Of a stretch of 64,000 bases of DNA, positions 38,764-49,977 are shown in pieces. Both the position numbers and the translations under genes were made by a program. The DNA lies in contig NW_003526943.1 in the NCBI RefSeq assembly GCF_000181795.1, forward strand, positions 10,861,759 through 10,925,758, in the 5' to 3' direction. Positions within the stretch are counted from its first letter, which is position 1; every line of letters begins with the position of its first letter. The notes below the pieces were generated by a model. It saw nothing but the letters and a program-made list of their open reading frames with translations, was not told the origin of the DNA and ran no database searches. Origin of the DNA: Trichinella spiralis. Taxonomy: Eukaryota.

Positions 38764-40920
38764 ATGGCAAAAAATGATGAAAAGCTTTTCAACATGAGCT
38801 CATTGGACAGCAATGGCGCCATTGGAGAAAAAGTGTTGGAAGTGGATTCGAAGTTTAAACACCAAGAAGATAGTTTGATCAGTTCGCTGAAGCGCTATCC
38901 CAGGAGTGTATTTTTTTGCTTGGTGAATGAATTTGCCGAACGATTTTCATTTTACGGCATGCGAGCCGTGCTGATTCTTCTACTGACCAATGTCTATTTG
39001 TTGCAAGATTCGACGGCCAAGTTGATTTTCCACGCCTTCATAAGTTTGGCATACTTGAGCCCGCTGTTCGGTTCCATCATTGCGGACGGCTTTTTGGGAC
39101 GGTACAAATTGATCTTGTACATGTCGTTGTTATATTTGTTGGGGCAAATTTTGCTCACCGTGGGATCCGTGACGTCAGTGATGCAGTCGGCCAGTCAACC
39201 TGTCGTATATTTCAGTTTGATTATCATAGCGATCGCTACTGGTGGTATTAAGCCGTGCGTTTCTTCATTCGCGGCCGATCAATTTCCGGCCGACATGGTT
39301 CGAGAACGATCGCAATTTTTCTCATTTTTCTACATGAGCATCAACTTGGGCAGTTTTTTGTCATTCATCATAACCCCCTATTTGAGGGGCCAAGTTAGCT
39401 GCGATGGACGTGAGACGTGTTTTCCATTAGCTTTTGGAATTCCGGCATTTTGCATGGGCTTGGCGACGGTAATATTTCTAGCCGGTCGATCTCATTATTA
39501 CCACGCTCCGGTGAATGGAACTGTGCTGCTTCAAGTGTTCAAATGCGTCGGTCATGCGGTGAAAAGACGATTTGCCAGAAAATCCACCAACCAACCGCCA
39601 CTGCCCCACTGGATGGACTACGCAAGTCCCAAATACAGTGATCAGTTGATTGAAAATGTAAAGCACATTTTTCGAATGTCAGTTCTATTCATACCGGCCG
39701 TGATGTTTTCCACCCTGTACGACCAGACAGGCTCCACTTGGATATTGCAGGCAAGTCGAATGAACGGGCGAGTTGGTCATTTGACAATATTACCGGATCA
39801 GATGTCCACGGTGAATCCTTTGTTCATTATAACGTTGGTTCCTCTGTTCGAGGGTTTCCTATATCCGGCACTGGTGAAACGGGGCTATTTCCAACGGCCG
39901 TTGACCAGAATGACGTGCGGAGTTGTGCTCATGACTATCACTTTTGCCTTGTCCGGTGTGTTGCAAATTGTCATTTCACGGAATCTGATCACCCAGCCCG
40001 ACTTGAACACGAGGCGAATTGTTCTGCACAACGACGATCCTTGCACGCTGGGGTACAGATCCAATTCGACTTCAGGATTGTTGCTTCCAAACGACGTCGC
40101 CACTTTCGACATCCCCTGCACCGAATCGATCACATTCCAAAGGATCAACTGTTCAACTTCGGTTCCAAGTGTGGAACAGTTGCAACCAGGAGCTGATCAG
40201 GAGGAAAAGCTTTGTGTGCCCAGTGATGGAGTGTTTGTCAATTTTTGGCCGGAAACTGTGATCCGATTCAATTATGCAATTTATTCAGTCAAACAAGTCG
40301 ACAACAGTATGACTCGGTTCTATGTTCTCGTCGACGATACGGTTTCGTTGTCCGAAAATGCGACTCTAATATTCCACGAAGATGGTACTGTACGTGGTCG
40401 GTTGAAAATACGCTCCAACAGACATGCAAATTTCATCGATCTGAAACCGAACATTCTCAGCAGCAACATCCTGTTGGTCAGTTTGCAAAATTGTCCACTG
40501 GGCCAATCTTGCAAAGAGATTTTTCTCAGCACCACCGAACTGGCCATGGGCGGTTCCAAAATGGTGCTGGTGAACGCAAAGCTGAAATCGAAAGTGCTCG
40601 ACATTGTGCCCAGTTACGGGATGTCGATTCTGTGGCAAGTGCCCCAGTGGTTTCTGGTAACAGTTTCGGAAATATTTTTCCAAATCTCAGGTTTAGAATT
40701 CGCCTACGCCGAAGCGGACGAGAGCATGAAATCTGTAATGTCTGCTTTTTGGTTGATGACCATATTTTTTGGCAATCTGATCGTCATGCTTATTTCCGGA
40801 ACCCATTTGATCACGGATCTGGTTGTCGAAACGTTTGTTTACGCCGCTTTGATGGCACTTTGTACAATTCTATTTGTATTTCTTTCCCGTCGCTACAAAC
40901 CTCGTTCGATTAATATATGA
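38764..40920 (+). CDS. Proton-coupled oligopeptide transporter (SLC15/PepT1-PepT2 family), single coding exon
   Basis: 718 aa. ExxERFxxY motif (NEFAERFSFYGMR), PTR2 motifs (GSIIADGFLGRY; ATGGIKPCVSSFAADQF; FYMSINLGS), large extracellular loop, WQVPQW...EIFFQISGLEFAYAEA. Confidence 0.96.
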   Translation: MAKNDEKLFNMSSLDSNGAIGEKVLEVDSKFKHQEDSLISSLKRYPRSVFFCLVNEFAERFSFYGMRAVLILLLTNVYLLQDSTAKLIFHAFISLAYLSPLFGSIIADGFLGRYKLILYMSLLYLLGQILLTVGSVTSVMQSASQPVVYFSLIIIAIATGGIKPCVSSFAADQFPADMVRERSQFFSFFYMSINLGSFLSFIITPYLRGQVSCDGRETCFPLAFGIPAFCMGLATVIFLAGRSHYYHAPVNGTVLLQVFKCVGHAVKRRFARKSTNQPPLPHWMDYASPKYSDQLIENVKHIFRMSVLFIPAVMFSTLYDQTGSTWILQASRMNGRVGHLTILPDQMSTVNPLFIITLVPLFEGFLYPALVKRGYFQRPLTRMTCGVVLMTITFALSGVLQIVISRNLITQPDLNTRRIVLHNDDPCTLGYRSNSTSGLLLPNDVATFDIPCTESITFQRINCSTSVPSVEQLQPGADQEEKLCVPSDGVFVNFWPETVIRFNYAIYSVKQVDNSMTRFYVLVDDTVSLSENATLIFHEDGTVRGRLKIRSNRHANFIDLKPNILSSNILLVSLQNCPLGQSCKEIFLSTTELAMGGSKMVLVNAKLKSKVLDIVPSYGMSILWQVPQWFLVTVSEIFFQISGLEFAYAEADESMKSVMSAFWLMTIFFGNLIVMLISGTHLITDLVVETFVYAALMALCTILFVFLSRRYKPRSINI

Positions 40921-41110
40921 TTAAAAATGAAAAAAAAGTATCACCACCACTGTTCATTCAACTTTACTCACAACATCGTATTTCACCTTTGAAACGATTG
41001 ATCAATCAATCAATCATTCGCCTTTTTAATATTATCGGTTGTTTTGCATATATAAAAACTGCAATTCATACGTACGTCACACGGAGTCGTTACAGCATCT
41101 GCTTATAGTA

Positions 41111-41705
41111 AGTACATCGGTTCCAATGAAAGTTCGAATATATGGAACAAAACTTGTTGAAAAGTTTAATAAAATGTTCCCACTGATCATAATTATAGCT
41201 TCTTGGTAATGATATGATTAATGTTAATGATAATGAAATCATTACTTCAAAAACACACTGCTTCGATCATATAATTTGCATCGTGTTCTACGAACTGGTC
41301 CATGATTTGTACACTGTTGGTGATGCTTCTGTTACAGTTCTCGTTGGTGAATCCAAACTTCTGAATTACCATTATCAGTGCACAGCTCTTAGAATTCTTG
41401 AACATATTGCTCAGGAAATTCTCGTGCTACTGTAACATTTCAACTAGACGTTTCACCACTGTGTTACGTATGTTATGAAGGTTAGTTTGTTTTTAAAATT
41501 AAAAAATTTTTACAACCAGCAGAGTTGGTTGGATTGATAAATTTGCAAAGTGAACTTGAAAAAAACTAGGCTTGCAGAACTTATAGTTCATCCTACATCA
41601 CAATGATAATTATAATCAATAAAGTACGTGAACAACATTTGAATAAATATTCCAAACAAATTTTCTTGTATGAATTCTGACTTTCTTCAATGGAACCAAT
41701 ATACT
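41111..41705. mobile_element. Possible old DNA-transposon remnant with degenerate ~50-bp terminal inverted repeats
   Basis: AGTACATCGGTTCCAATGAA-AGTTCGAATATATGGAACAAAACTTGTTGAA (41111-41161) vs reverse complement of 41650-41705, AGTATATTGGTTCCATTGAAGAAAGTCAGAATTCATACAAGAAAATTTGTTTGGAA. No clear TSD. Confidence 0.5.
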
Positions 41706-42682
41706 CTAGTTTTGCTTAGTCGGCCAAGAATTTTGCCTCACTTTCCTACTGGTTGTTAGAAGTCGAGTTTTCATTGCATGCTCATGGTTCACTGATTGAA
41801 AAATTATTCAATTTTGATTACGCAACATTACTACGAACAAGCATCCAGTGAAAAGTTACGTCATTAGCACCCAATGACAAGTCGACTTCCAACAACCAAT
41901 AAGAAGTGGGGCAAAAAAAATCCTGACCAAGAAGACTAAAACCTTTTTTCAAATTTCAAAAAACATCAAAATTTGCATTCAACAAAATGGTCTGATTTAC
42001 TATAATTGTAAAATTTTAAACAACGTTTAGTCGTTTACAAAAAAAAAGAATCACTTTATTTCCAAACACAAAAATGTGTAGTGTGTTCAATAACAGAAGA
42101 AAAAAAAGTCAATTTGACAAAAAAAATTAAAGCAAAAGATTAAAAAAAAAACTCAGGCACGTATGATCGACATTCTTACAGAACAAACGCAAGTCAGGCA
42201 AAAGAAAAGTGAGAAAAAAAATGAAAAAGAAGCAATGATGAGCAAAAAAACAGCACCAAATGAAAATGAACATAAAAACGAAGAAAAAAAACACATTGGA
42301 GAATTCCCGTCTCATTCACCAAAATATTAATGAAAATAAATAATTTAGAAGAAAAAGTAGACATTGTATGTCAGGAGGAGAAAAAAAATGTTTCTCGACA
42401 AATTATGAAGAAAAAAAAAATATATACACATATTCATTATTGTAATTATAGAGAAGAATTAGTAGTGGTGATCAATTGTCATCGAAGATGTACATAGTAA
42501 TAAAAAGAAAAACAAAAAACAGACGTGTAGATTAAAAACAAAAAAGAGAAAAAGATAAAGCAACAAAAAAAGCCGTATATAGAAGAGAAAGAGACCAGTG
42601 GTTGTGGACCTGAAAAAGAAATAAAGTATAAAAATAACTTCATGAGAACATAACGGTGTATTCTCATTTTAATACCGGTAAG

Positions 42683-42715
<33 letters not shown>

Positions 42716-42965
42716 GTGATAATTAACCACTGGAGTAAAGAAATTGAGATTCAAAAAAAAATTTTTTGTTTTCAAATGAATATAGTGACAGGAATATAAA
42801 GAAAAAAAAATAAATATATATATAATACATGCGCATACCAGTAAGAATAATTAAAACAAAGAATGAAGAAGCATGCAAAGAAGAAATTAAAACAAAACAG
42901 AAGAGAAGAATAGTAGAATGAATGTTTTTGTTGGTTAAAATGAATAAATATTTTTGCTAAGACGA

Positions 42966-43008
<43 letters not shown>

Positions 43009-43036
43009 GGTGGTGGTTGTAATTGTTGTTGTTGTT
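42966..43036. repeat. Compound (TAG)n(TGG)n(TTG)n trinucleotide repeat in the transportin 3'UTR
   Basis: Directly visible ~50 nt past the TNPO1 stop; a (TAA)n tract also lies at ~42683-42715. Confidence 0.9.
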
Positions 43037-43085
43037 GAACATGCAAAATTGTTTTCCATCCTTCCTTTGTCCACGCTCCCAATAA

Positions 43086-45902
43086 TCAAAATCCGTACAA
43101 ATACTGTAGTCGTTCCAACATGGGCGAAGGGAATTTGCCCACGCAATCCTGCCAGGCCGCCTCGCCCATCTGCTGTCTGAACGCGTACAGTATGCTGCAG
43201 ACGAGCGCTTTCAGTTCGGTTTTGGGCGACGACCACGACGCGAACGCGTCGCACAAATAGGCAAAGTGGGGAACGACCGCGTCGGGATTGACAATCACCA
43301 TACGACAAAGGCCGCAAAAGGCGGATTCTTTTTCTTCGTTGTCGCGCAAATTGCGCATCGACAAACACCACGGCAACAAAATTTCCGACAACTGCGGTGC
43401 CACTTCGGTCGAACAGTGGACACCGAATCGGCCTACTGTAATCGCGGCATTTTCGAGCAACGTTTTCGACGTGTGGGGGCGGTTCAAAATCGCCACCAGA
43501 GGGCGACACAACGTGCGCGCGTGGGGCAACAACGATTCGCCCATTTTCATCGCCAGCTCGCCCAGCGCCCAGATCGCGTTGTTACAGACCGACACTTGGT
43601 GCGGTTCCAAATTGCGTCCCAGAACGGTCAAAAAGTACATGACGTGCGGTTCGACAAGTGGCCAGCAGGTGCGCGCCAAATCGCCGACCAACGCGAACGA
43701 ACTCTGTCTCACTTCGGACGACTGGTCGAGCGACGTCCGCTTGACCAATTCGACCAAATTGTAATGGGCGACCAGACTGATGAGCTGCTGGCCGAGCGTT
43801 TCGACCATGCCGCTGAGCAAGTCCAACGACGCGATCACGAAATCCTGGCCGCCGACTTCGACACCCTGGGTCGACGGGACCGAGACGATGTTGTCGGATC
43901 CCGATCCAGAGCCGGAGCCGAGCATCAAATCGGCCGTTGCCGTTTCGACGTTGCAACTGATCAAGTGGACACAGCGCGAAAATACCGACGTGGAATAGGG
44001 GAGAAAATTGTCCTGCAACGCGACCACCACGCTGGCCATGCATTCCAACAGCGAATAGCGTTCCCGTTCGGTGTCGTCGGTGCGGTTCCATTTGGCCATC
44101 AGGGGCGGCATCAGCGCGTCGACCAGCTCCGGTTTGGCGAGACAAGTGCCGATCGATTCGGCCAGCGTGCCGACCGCGTCGTACAGTATGAGCAAATTTT
44201 TCGCCTGGTATTTTTCGAACGCGGCGCACAACGTCTGCACCACTTCGTTCAAATATGGGACCAGTTCGAAATTCGCCTCCTCTTCCAGCGTGGCGAACGC
44301 GCTGCACGCCGCCTCCTGGACTCGCTTGTTCACGTCCAACAGCCGACCCAACAGTTCTTTGAGCAACTGTTCGAAATGGCGTTCGTTCGGAAATTGCAAT
44401 ATCCAATGACCATAACGACTCAACGTCCAACAAGTGATCGACCTGACCAACGCTTTCGAATCGTTCAAACAACCGATCAAATAGGGGACCAGAGTGGGCA
44501 AGTGGGGTGCCATGCCGTTCGCGCAGCCTTCGGCCACGGCGCCCAACGCCAATATGGCCGCCTCTTTGACCAGCCAGTCCTGTTGGAACAGATCGCCGTC
44601 CAAAATTGGCAACAAATGCGGAAGCAGCTCGTCTCTGAACACGTTCGACAGCACGTCCAACGTTGCCGCGGATCCTTTGCGTACGTTCCATTCTGACGAC
44701 GCGTCGACCGAAAAATCGCATCCACTGACGCTATCGTCGTCGTCGTCGTCATCGTTGTTGTTGTGGTCATTTGCATCCACGTTACTGCTGTGAATATTAT
44801 TAATTCCATCGTCCACGTTGGACATGGAATTCGCATCTTGTTGTTGTTGTTGTGGCTTGGACCGACGAAATCTCGGCTGAATATCTTCGGTACGGTCTGG
44901 GATTAGTTCGTCGCATTCCAAGTCGGCTTTCATGTTGCGCAAATCTTGTTCCGAATAGCGCATCCGTCGCACAAGAACAGGAATCAATTCCGCCAAATAA
45001 GGCCTGACCACTTCGCGGCAATTGGCCGGCTCTTCGGCCAGCGTGAGCCAAAATTCGCACGCCTCCAGGGCGGTGTGTTCGACCGAATCGCTGGTCCTGT
45101 GCAGTATGTAGCGGGCCACGGTGGGCATGTAGTTGGTCAGCTTGTTGAAGTACAAATTGCAAAGCAACGACAACGCCTGACACAGGCAATCGTGAATGGA
45201 CTGTTCCGAATCGTTCATGCAGTTGAACAGGCGAGCCAGAAAACGGTCGTCGATGAAGTGGTCCAAAAATGGACTCCGTATGCCGAGGAAAAAGTTCACC
45301 GACTGCAAGCACATCAGGCGAACTTTCACGTTCTGGTGCAACAGCAGCCCCACCAGAGCCGGCATCAAGGTGCGCAGCGCGTATTCGCGGTCCTCGACCT
45401 GGTAGAAGGCGCTGTCTTCGCATATTTTCTGCACCACACTGAACGCGCCGACCACGACCTGATCCTGGTCGCTGTGGAGCTGGTCGAGCAATTTGACCAC
45501 AAGATCCGGCCAAGCGTGTATACTCTCCTGACTCAGGATGCTCGCAATGACCACGTCGACCGTAGTGCGAACCATTTGGTTGCTTTCGCCCAACGCGTGC
45601 ACGCATTCGGCTTTCACGTAGCGTTTCGCCTCGTCGGTGTAAGTCGACCAAGCGGCGTGGATATTGTTTTTTAATATCAGACCGCCCAACGAGCGGGTCA
45701 CCTGCTGCTCGTCGGTCATTCTGGTCAACACGTACAACAAATAATAGGAAAACGTCGGAATCTTCTTCAACTCTTCCAACTTCTTCTGAACTTCTCGCTG
45801 GACGGCATTGTCGCTGATCTGAGACTGCTTCAGCAATTCCAACACTTGGGCCAGTTCGTCGGCTTGAGGTTGAAACTCTGCCGCGCTCATTTCCACAGCC
45901 AT
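43086..45902 (-). CDS. TNPO1: Transportin-1 (karyopherin beta-2), single coding exon
   Basis: 938-aa HEAT protein: LLKQSQISDNAVQREVQKKLEEL, RSLGGLILKNN, ALEACEFWL, IPDRTEDIQPRF, acidic H8 loop, EWNVRKGSAATLDVLSNVF, VQEAACSAFATLEEEA, YQAKNLLILYDAVGTLA, EVRQSSFALVGDL, SVCNNAIWALGE, ERLQYLYGF. Confidence 0.97.
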   Translation of the reverse strand: MAVEMSAAEFQPQADELAQVLELLKQSQISDNAVQREVQKKLEELKKIPTFSYYLLYVLTRMTDEQQVTRSLGGLILKNNIHAAWSTYTDEAKRYVKAECVHALGESNQMVRTTVDVVIASILSQESIHAWPDLVVKLLDQLHSDQDQVVVGAFSVVQKICEDSAFYQVEDREYALRTLMPALVGLLLHQNVKVRLMCLQSVNFFLGIRSPFLDHFIDDRFLARLFNCMNDSEQSIHDCLCQALSLLCNLYFNKLTNYMPTVARYILHRTSDSVEHTALEACEFWLTLAEEPANCREVVRPYLAELIPVLVRRMRYSEQDLRNMKADLECDELIPDRTEDIQPRFRRSKPQQQQQDANSMSNVDDGINNIHSSNVDANDHNNNDDDDDDDSVSGCDFSVDASSEWNVRKGSAATLDVLSNVFRDELLPHLLPILDGDLFQQDWLVKEAAILALGAVAEGCANGMAPHLPTLVPYLIGCLNDSKALVRSITCWTLSRYGHWILQFPNERHFEQLLKELLGRLLDVNKRVQEAACSAFATLEEEANFELVPYLNEVVQTLCAAFEKYQAKNLLILYDAVGTLAESIGTCLAKPELVDALMPPLMAKWNRTDDTERERYSLLECMASVVVALQDNFLPYSTSVFSRCVHLISCNVETATADLMLGSGSGSGSDNIVSVPSTQGVEVGGQDFVIASLDLLSGMVETLGQQLISLVAHYNLVELVKRTSLDQSSEVRQSSFALVGDLARTCWPLVEPHVMYFLTVLGRNLEPHQVSVCNNAIWALGELAMKMGESLLPHARTLCRPLVAILNRPHTSKTLLENAAITVGRFGVHCSTEVAPQLSEILLPWCLSMRNLRDNEEKESAFCGLCRMVIVNPDAVVPHFAYLCDAFASWSSPKTELKALVCSILYAFRQQMGEAAWQDCVGKFPSPMLERLQYLYGF

Positions 45903-48900
45903 TGTTTGTTGTTAGCAAAAATATGCTGAAAGTTAAACTTATTTTTTTTTCAATAATAATATTCTTAGTAGAAGAAAAAAATATATATATATTCATTTAT
46001 TATTTAAACATATGATATTCAAACTTCAAATCGAAGTGATCAAACAAAATTTTTTTTTGGCATTTTCAAAAATCGTATTAGTTATTTGATAAACAAGGAC
46101 ATCTGAAAACATATTTTTAACAACTAGAAAATTCAATGACAACAAAATGACCTTGAAAACAATTACAAAATTTTTTTCGACAAAATACAACCTACTACTT
46201 CCTATTTTACAATTCAACTTGGATATTAAAATTTCAAAACGCATTAAAATGTTTCAACATCAATTATATGCACAACAATCAATACATTCATCTTAATGGT
46301 TGTCAAATTACCACAAAAAAGTATTTTAAAAAGTACACTTTGACAAATTTTCAAATTTGGTTGTTTAAAACAACCTTTCCAAAGAATTCAAAATTTATCT
46401 GCCAAGTTCATATTTTCTTATGTTAAAATTTACTATTAATAAGATGGAAAACTTCGAATCGTTCACTACTGAAAAAAATTTTCTTTTTTATTAAACTAGC
46501 TATACAATTAAAATATGGTTAAAAGAACTGCAAATCACTAAAAATTCAACAAGCCATGCATGAGAACTGTAATGCAAACAAACTGAACATGTGTTAAATA
46601 AATAAAAGCTGTGATGAACAGAAAGTAGGTGTTTGACAAATAAACTTGACAGCCAGTAAATGTAACATTATTAGTCATTTCCTGCTCTGTCCCATTTAAA
46701 TGAAATTAAAAAAGAAATTTAAAATATTTCAATCTACTGTCGTCGCATCACACTGCTTAAATTATAAAAAAATAATTACAGAATAACAATTGATAAAGAT
46801 AGTAGAGCAACTAAGTGATAACTTTCATGGACAGCTAATTGTTGAACCGTTTCGTGAACATAAATTCGAAAAAGTGCACAGTGATAAAAACAATTTAATA
46901 ATAACACATTTCAAAAAAGCTATGCAGATGTAATTTTAAAACTATATTAGTAAATTTTATTAGCAAAAGTTCAAAAGTAATACAGCTTACGAAGAATAAT
47001 CGAAACCAAAGATACACGCAAACTAAAGGCAGGCTTGCAAAAAATCAATTTTTTAAATATAAACACAGTTGCCGAACTAACAAAATTTCAGAAATTAAAA
47101 AACAAAAGTCATTGAATACGTATGTGCTCTAATTTAAATTATAAAAATCCCCAGAAGCACAAAGTTTGCAACAATAACTAGGGAAACAACAACAAAAGTA
47201 ATATTGCAACAATGATATTCGTGCAATTATTTTTTCTCCAAGATAAAAATGTTATTCAAATAGCCAACTTAAAACTGTCAGTTGATTAACAGCTTAAAAA
47301 TATCATAATAATAAATTAAAATGATTCTGAAAATAACAAAATATTACTAAATTCTATGAACTGAAACGCCAACAGATCATGAGAAAATCAGCAGAAACAC
47401 AATACATTGGGGGAAAACGGCAACAACTCACAAATTTCTTACTTCAAACTGTATTATTTGATGTTTTATTACTTATTATTCAAAACCAGTTCAGCCTCAA
47501 AATAACTTACAACCAGAAACTGACAAAACCAAACTTAAAGTTTACTCCACAATGAGACATACAGTAAAGTAATCTTGTTTTCAAGTTCAAATAATATATA
47601 CTGTAGTTTATACGTAAGATTATTCTAAAACAGTGGAATAAATATGAAAATTGTTATAATGTTTTATAACCTCACATTGAAATGTTTTATAAATTTCAAA
47701 TAAAATTATAAATTACAAATGCTGCAGTCAATGCTACAAGCTAATTTCTGACTTTGCTTATTAAGATAGATAGGTCAAATTACAATGATAAACAGTAGAC
47801 ATTTGAAATGAAACAGTATTTTTAAAACAACATATTAAGTAAATTCACAATGCTTTAGCTAAGAATTCTTTTCTATTTTTAATATTTCGTACATTTCACC
47901 ATGAAATACTGCATGTTACTTATTACTTTTTGATGAAAATGTTAAAAATTTTTTTAGAACTTACATTTGAAAAGTTTATATTTCTGACGAAAACTGTTGC
48001 AAATTTTAATGTGAAGAAGTTTTTATTGGTCCATATTGTGAACGTCACGTAAAGTTTAACTCAATCTCATTTTATACCGTTAAGTACATTGTAGGATACT
48101 TTTTAAAATACACCATAATATGCAATTTTATAATAAGATTTTACATAAATATGGTTTAAAACGTAGAATATGAAATATTATCAGATATAATCTTTGTGAA
48201 TTTCTGTTCTGCCTTCAAAATTTCTAGGCGGTAACATACTAAAATGAAAATGAACTAAAAATGTGAATCTTGAGCCACAAGAATCTAACTCAAACTTTTT
48301 TCAAAGAATGAATTCGGCGACATTTTTTATACTATGAAGAAGTTGCAAGTGCATTTTCAATTTATAAGTGAAATGTCCATGTTTTCAAACTCAAAAAATC
48401 ATTGCTGGGAACACATGGCAACAGCAATAAATACAAGAAACGTAATTAAAAATTGTGAAATCAGTAGCAGTTATTAGCAGAAGCGCACTTTTTAATAAGC
48501 AAACAGCTTGACTGTAACAATATAATTTTTGTATATATCAGTCACTTCAATAGTGGAATTTTATTTTTTCATTGTTGAGAGTTGCAGAAACAGTGAAACA
48601 ACTATAATACGATTAGGTCCCGTCAGTTCAGCATTATAAAGCTACAGTTAACAGAACAACCTATTTTTGTTTTTCACAATATTTTAATGTGGCAATATCA
48701 ATCTATTGTTTAAAGAACATTTTTGGTAAATATTTCATTATAAAAATTATTACATTAATAAATAGTAATAAGATAATACAAAATTCAATAATTTACTAGT
48801 TATTAAAGAAACATTTTAAGGAAAACCCAATTATCTGTTTAAAATTTTAATTATACCTGCATTTTAATTTGCGCAAATTGAAAAATTACGAATTAAATTT

Positions 48901-49977
48901 CAGGTAACAGAAATTAAAAATATTTAATCTTTCAATTACCACATTTTCTCAGGCAATAAGTCAGATGATTTACTTTTATGTGATGATTTATTTTATTTAG
49001 ACATGCATTGGTAGCATTTAAACCTGTAAATTTTATTATTAAATTACAGTAACATTTTACTATATGTATTATGCAAGCTGAAATTTTTTTTAATAATGAA
49101 AATGAACAATAAAAAATTTAATTTTTTATATTAAATTTATACAGTTCTTGTGATTTTTTAATCAACAAACAAATACCGTTGTACTGCAAACTTTTCGACA
49201 TATTACAACGCCCACTACAGAACAGCTGCATGCTTATTACGTTGGTATGTTGCAGATCAGTCATTCTTTATTTTCAGCGTTATATCTTAATCGAAATTTG
49301 TAAACTACAATTACCGTTCACTGCTATGGATTTATAAAGTTATGAAATAGCAAATTCATCTTATCACTTATTTTATCACAGTTATATTATAAATATTAAG
49401 ATTAAATTTTAAAAATTTAATTTCAGAATTGTAATTGAACCTGTAATTTAAATCAAATGAGAAATTAAAGCAAATTATAATAGTGTAATTTTTTTCGTAA
49501 AACTGCTTAAATTGTATGGCAAATAACACTCGGATGTCACTGCTTACCATTGATTGTGCGATGTCCAGAATTATTTAATTTGAATTTTTATCATATAGTT
49601 GTGTACGTATATTATAAGTTATGTATAATATCTTTGTTTGCGATTATTATTTTTGATTTTTAATTTAGCTAAAATATTCGAACCTGCATGTCTGAATATG
49701 ATTTTTCCTCTGTAAGTCTCTAATATTGATAGCTGTTAGTTTAGGTGGCGTAAATTGTACGTTGAGTAGTGAGAATTATTCATCTGTGGGTAAAGAAAGA
49801 TCAAATCCGACAATCCGAAATTGAATTTTCTTTTACAGTAGTCAATGATTTGTTATTTTCTTGTATTTATTTAATTATATTGTTTTAGTTTCTGATTTAT
49901 CATTGACCGACGCCTTTACATCAGCCGACAAGTCCGTATTATCTTGCTGCTGTTTTTTTTATAACTGGTGGTTATTC

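Noticed and set aside
42772..43509. 245-aa ORF with poly-Thr
   Set aside because: Out-of-frame read through the TNPO1 end and its 3'UTR trinucleotide repeats.
43266..45996. Long antisense and alternative-frame ORFs over TNPO1 (476, 379, 398 and 242 aa)
   Set aside because: Expected shadows of a GC3-rich CDS depleted of off-frame stops; R/Q/G-biased with no recognisable domains.
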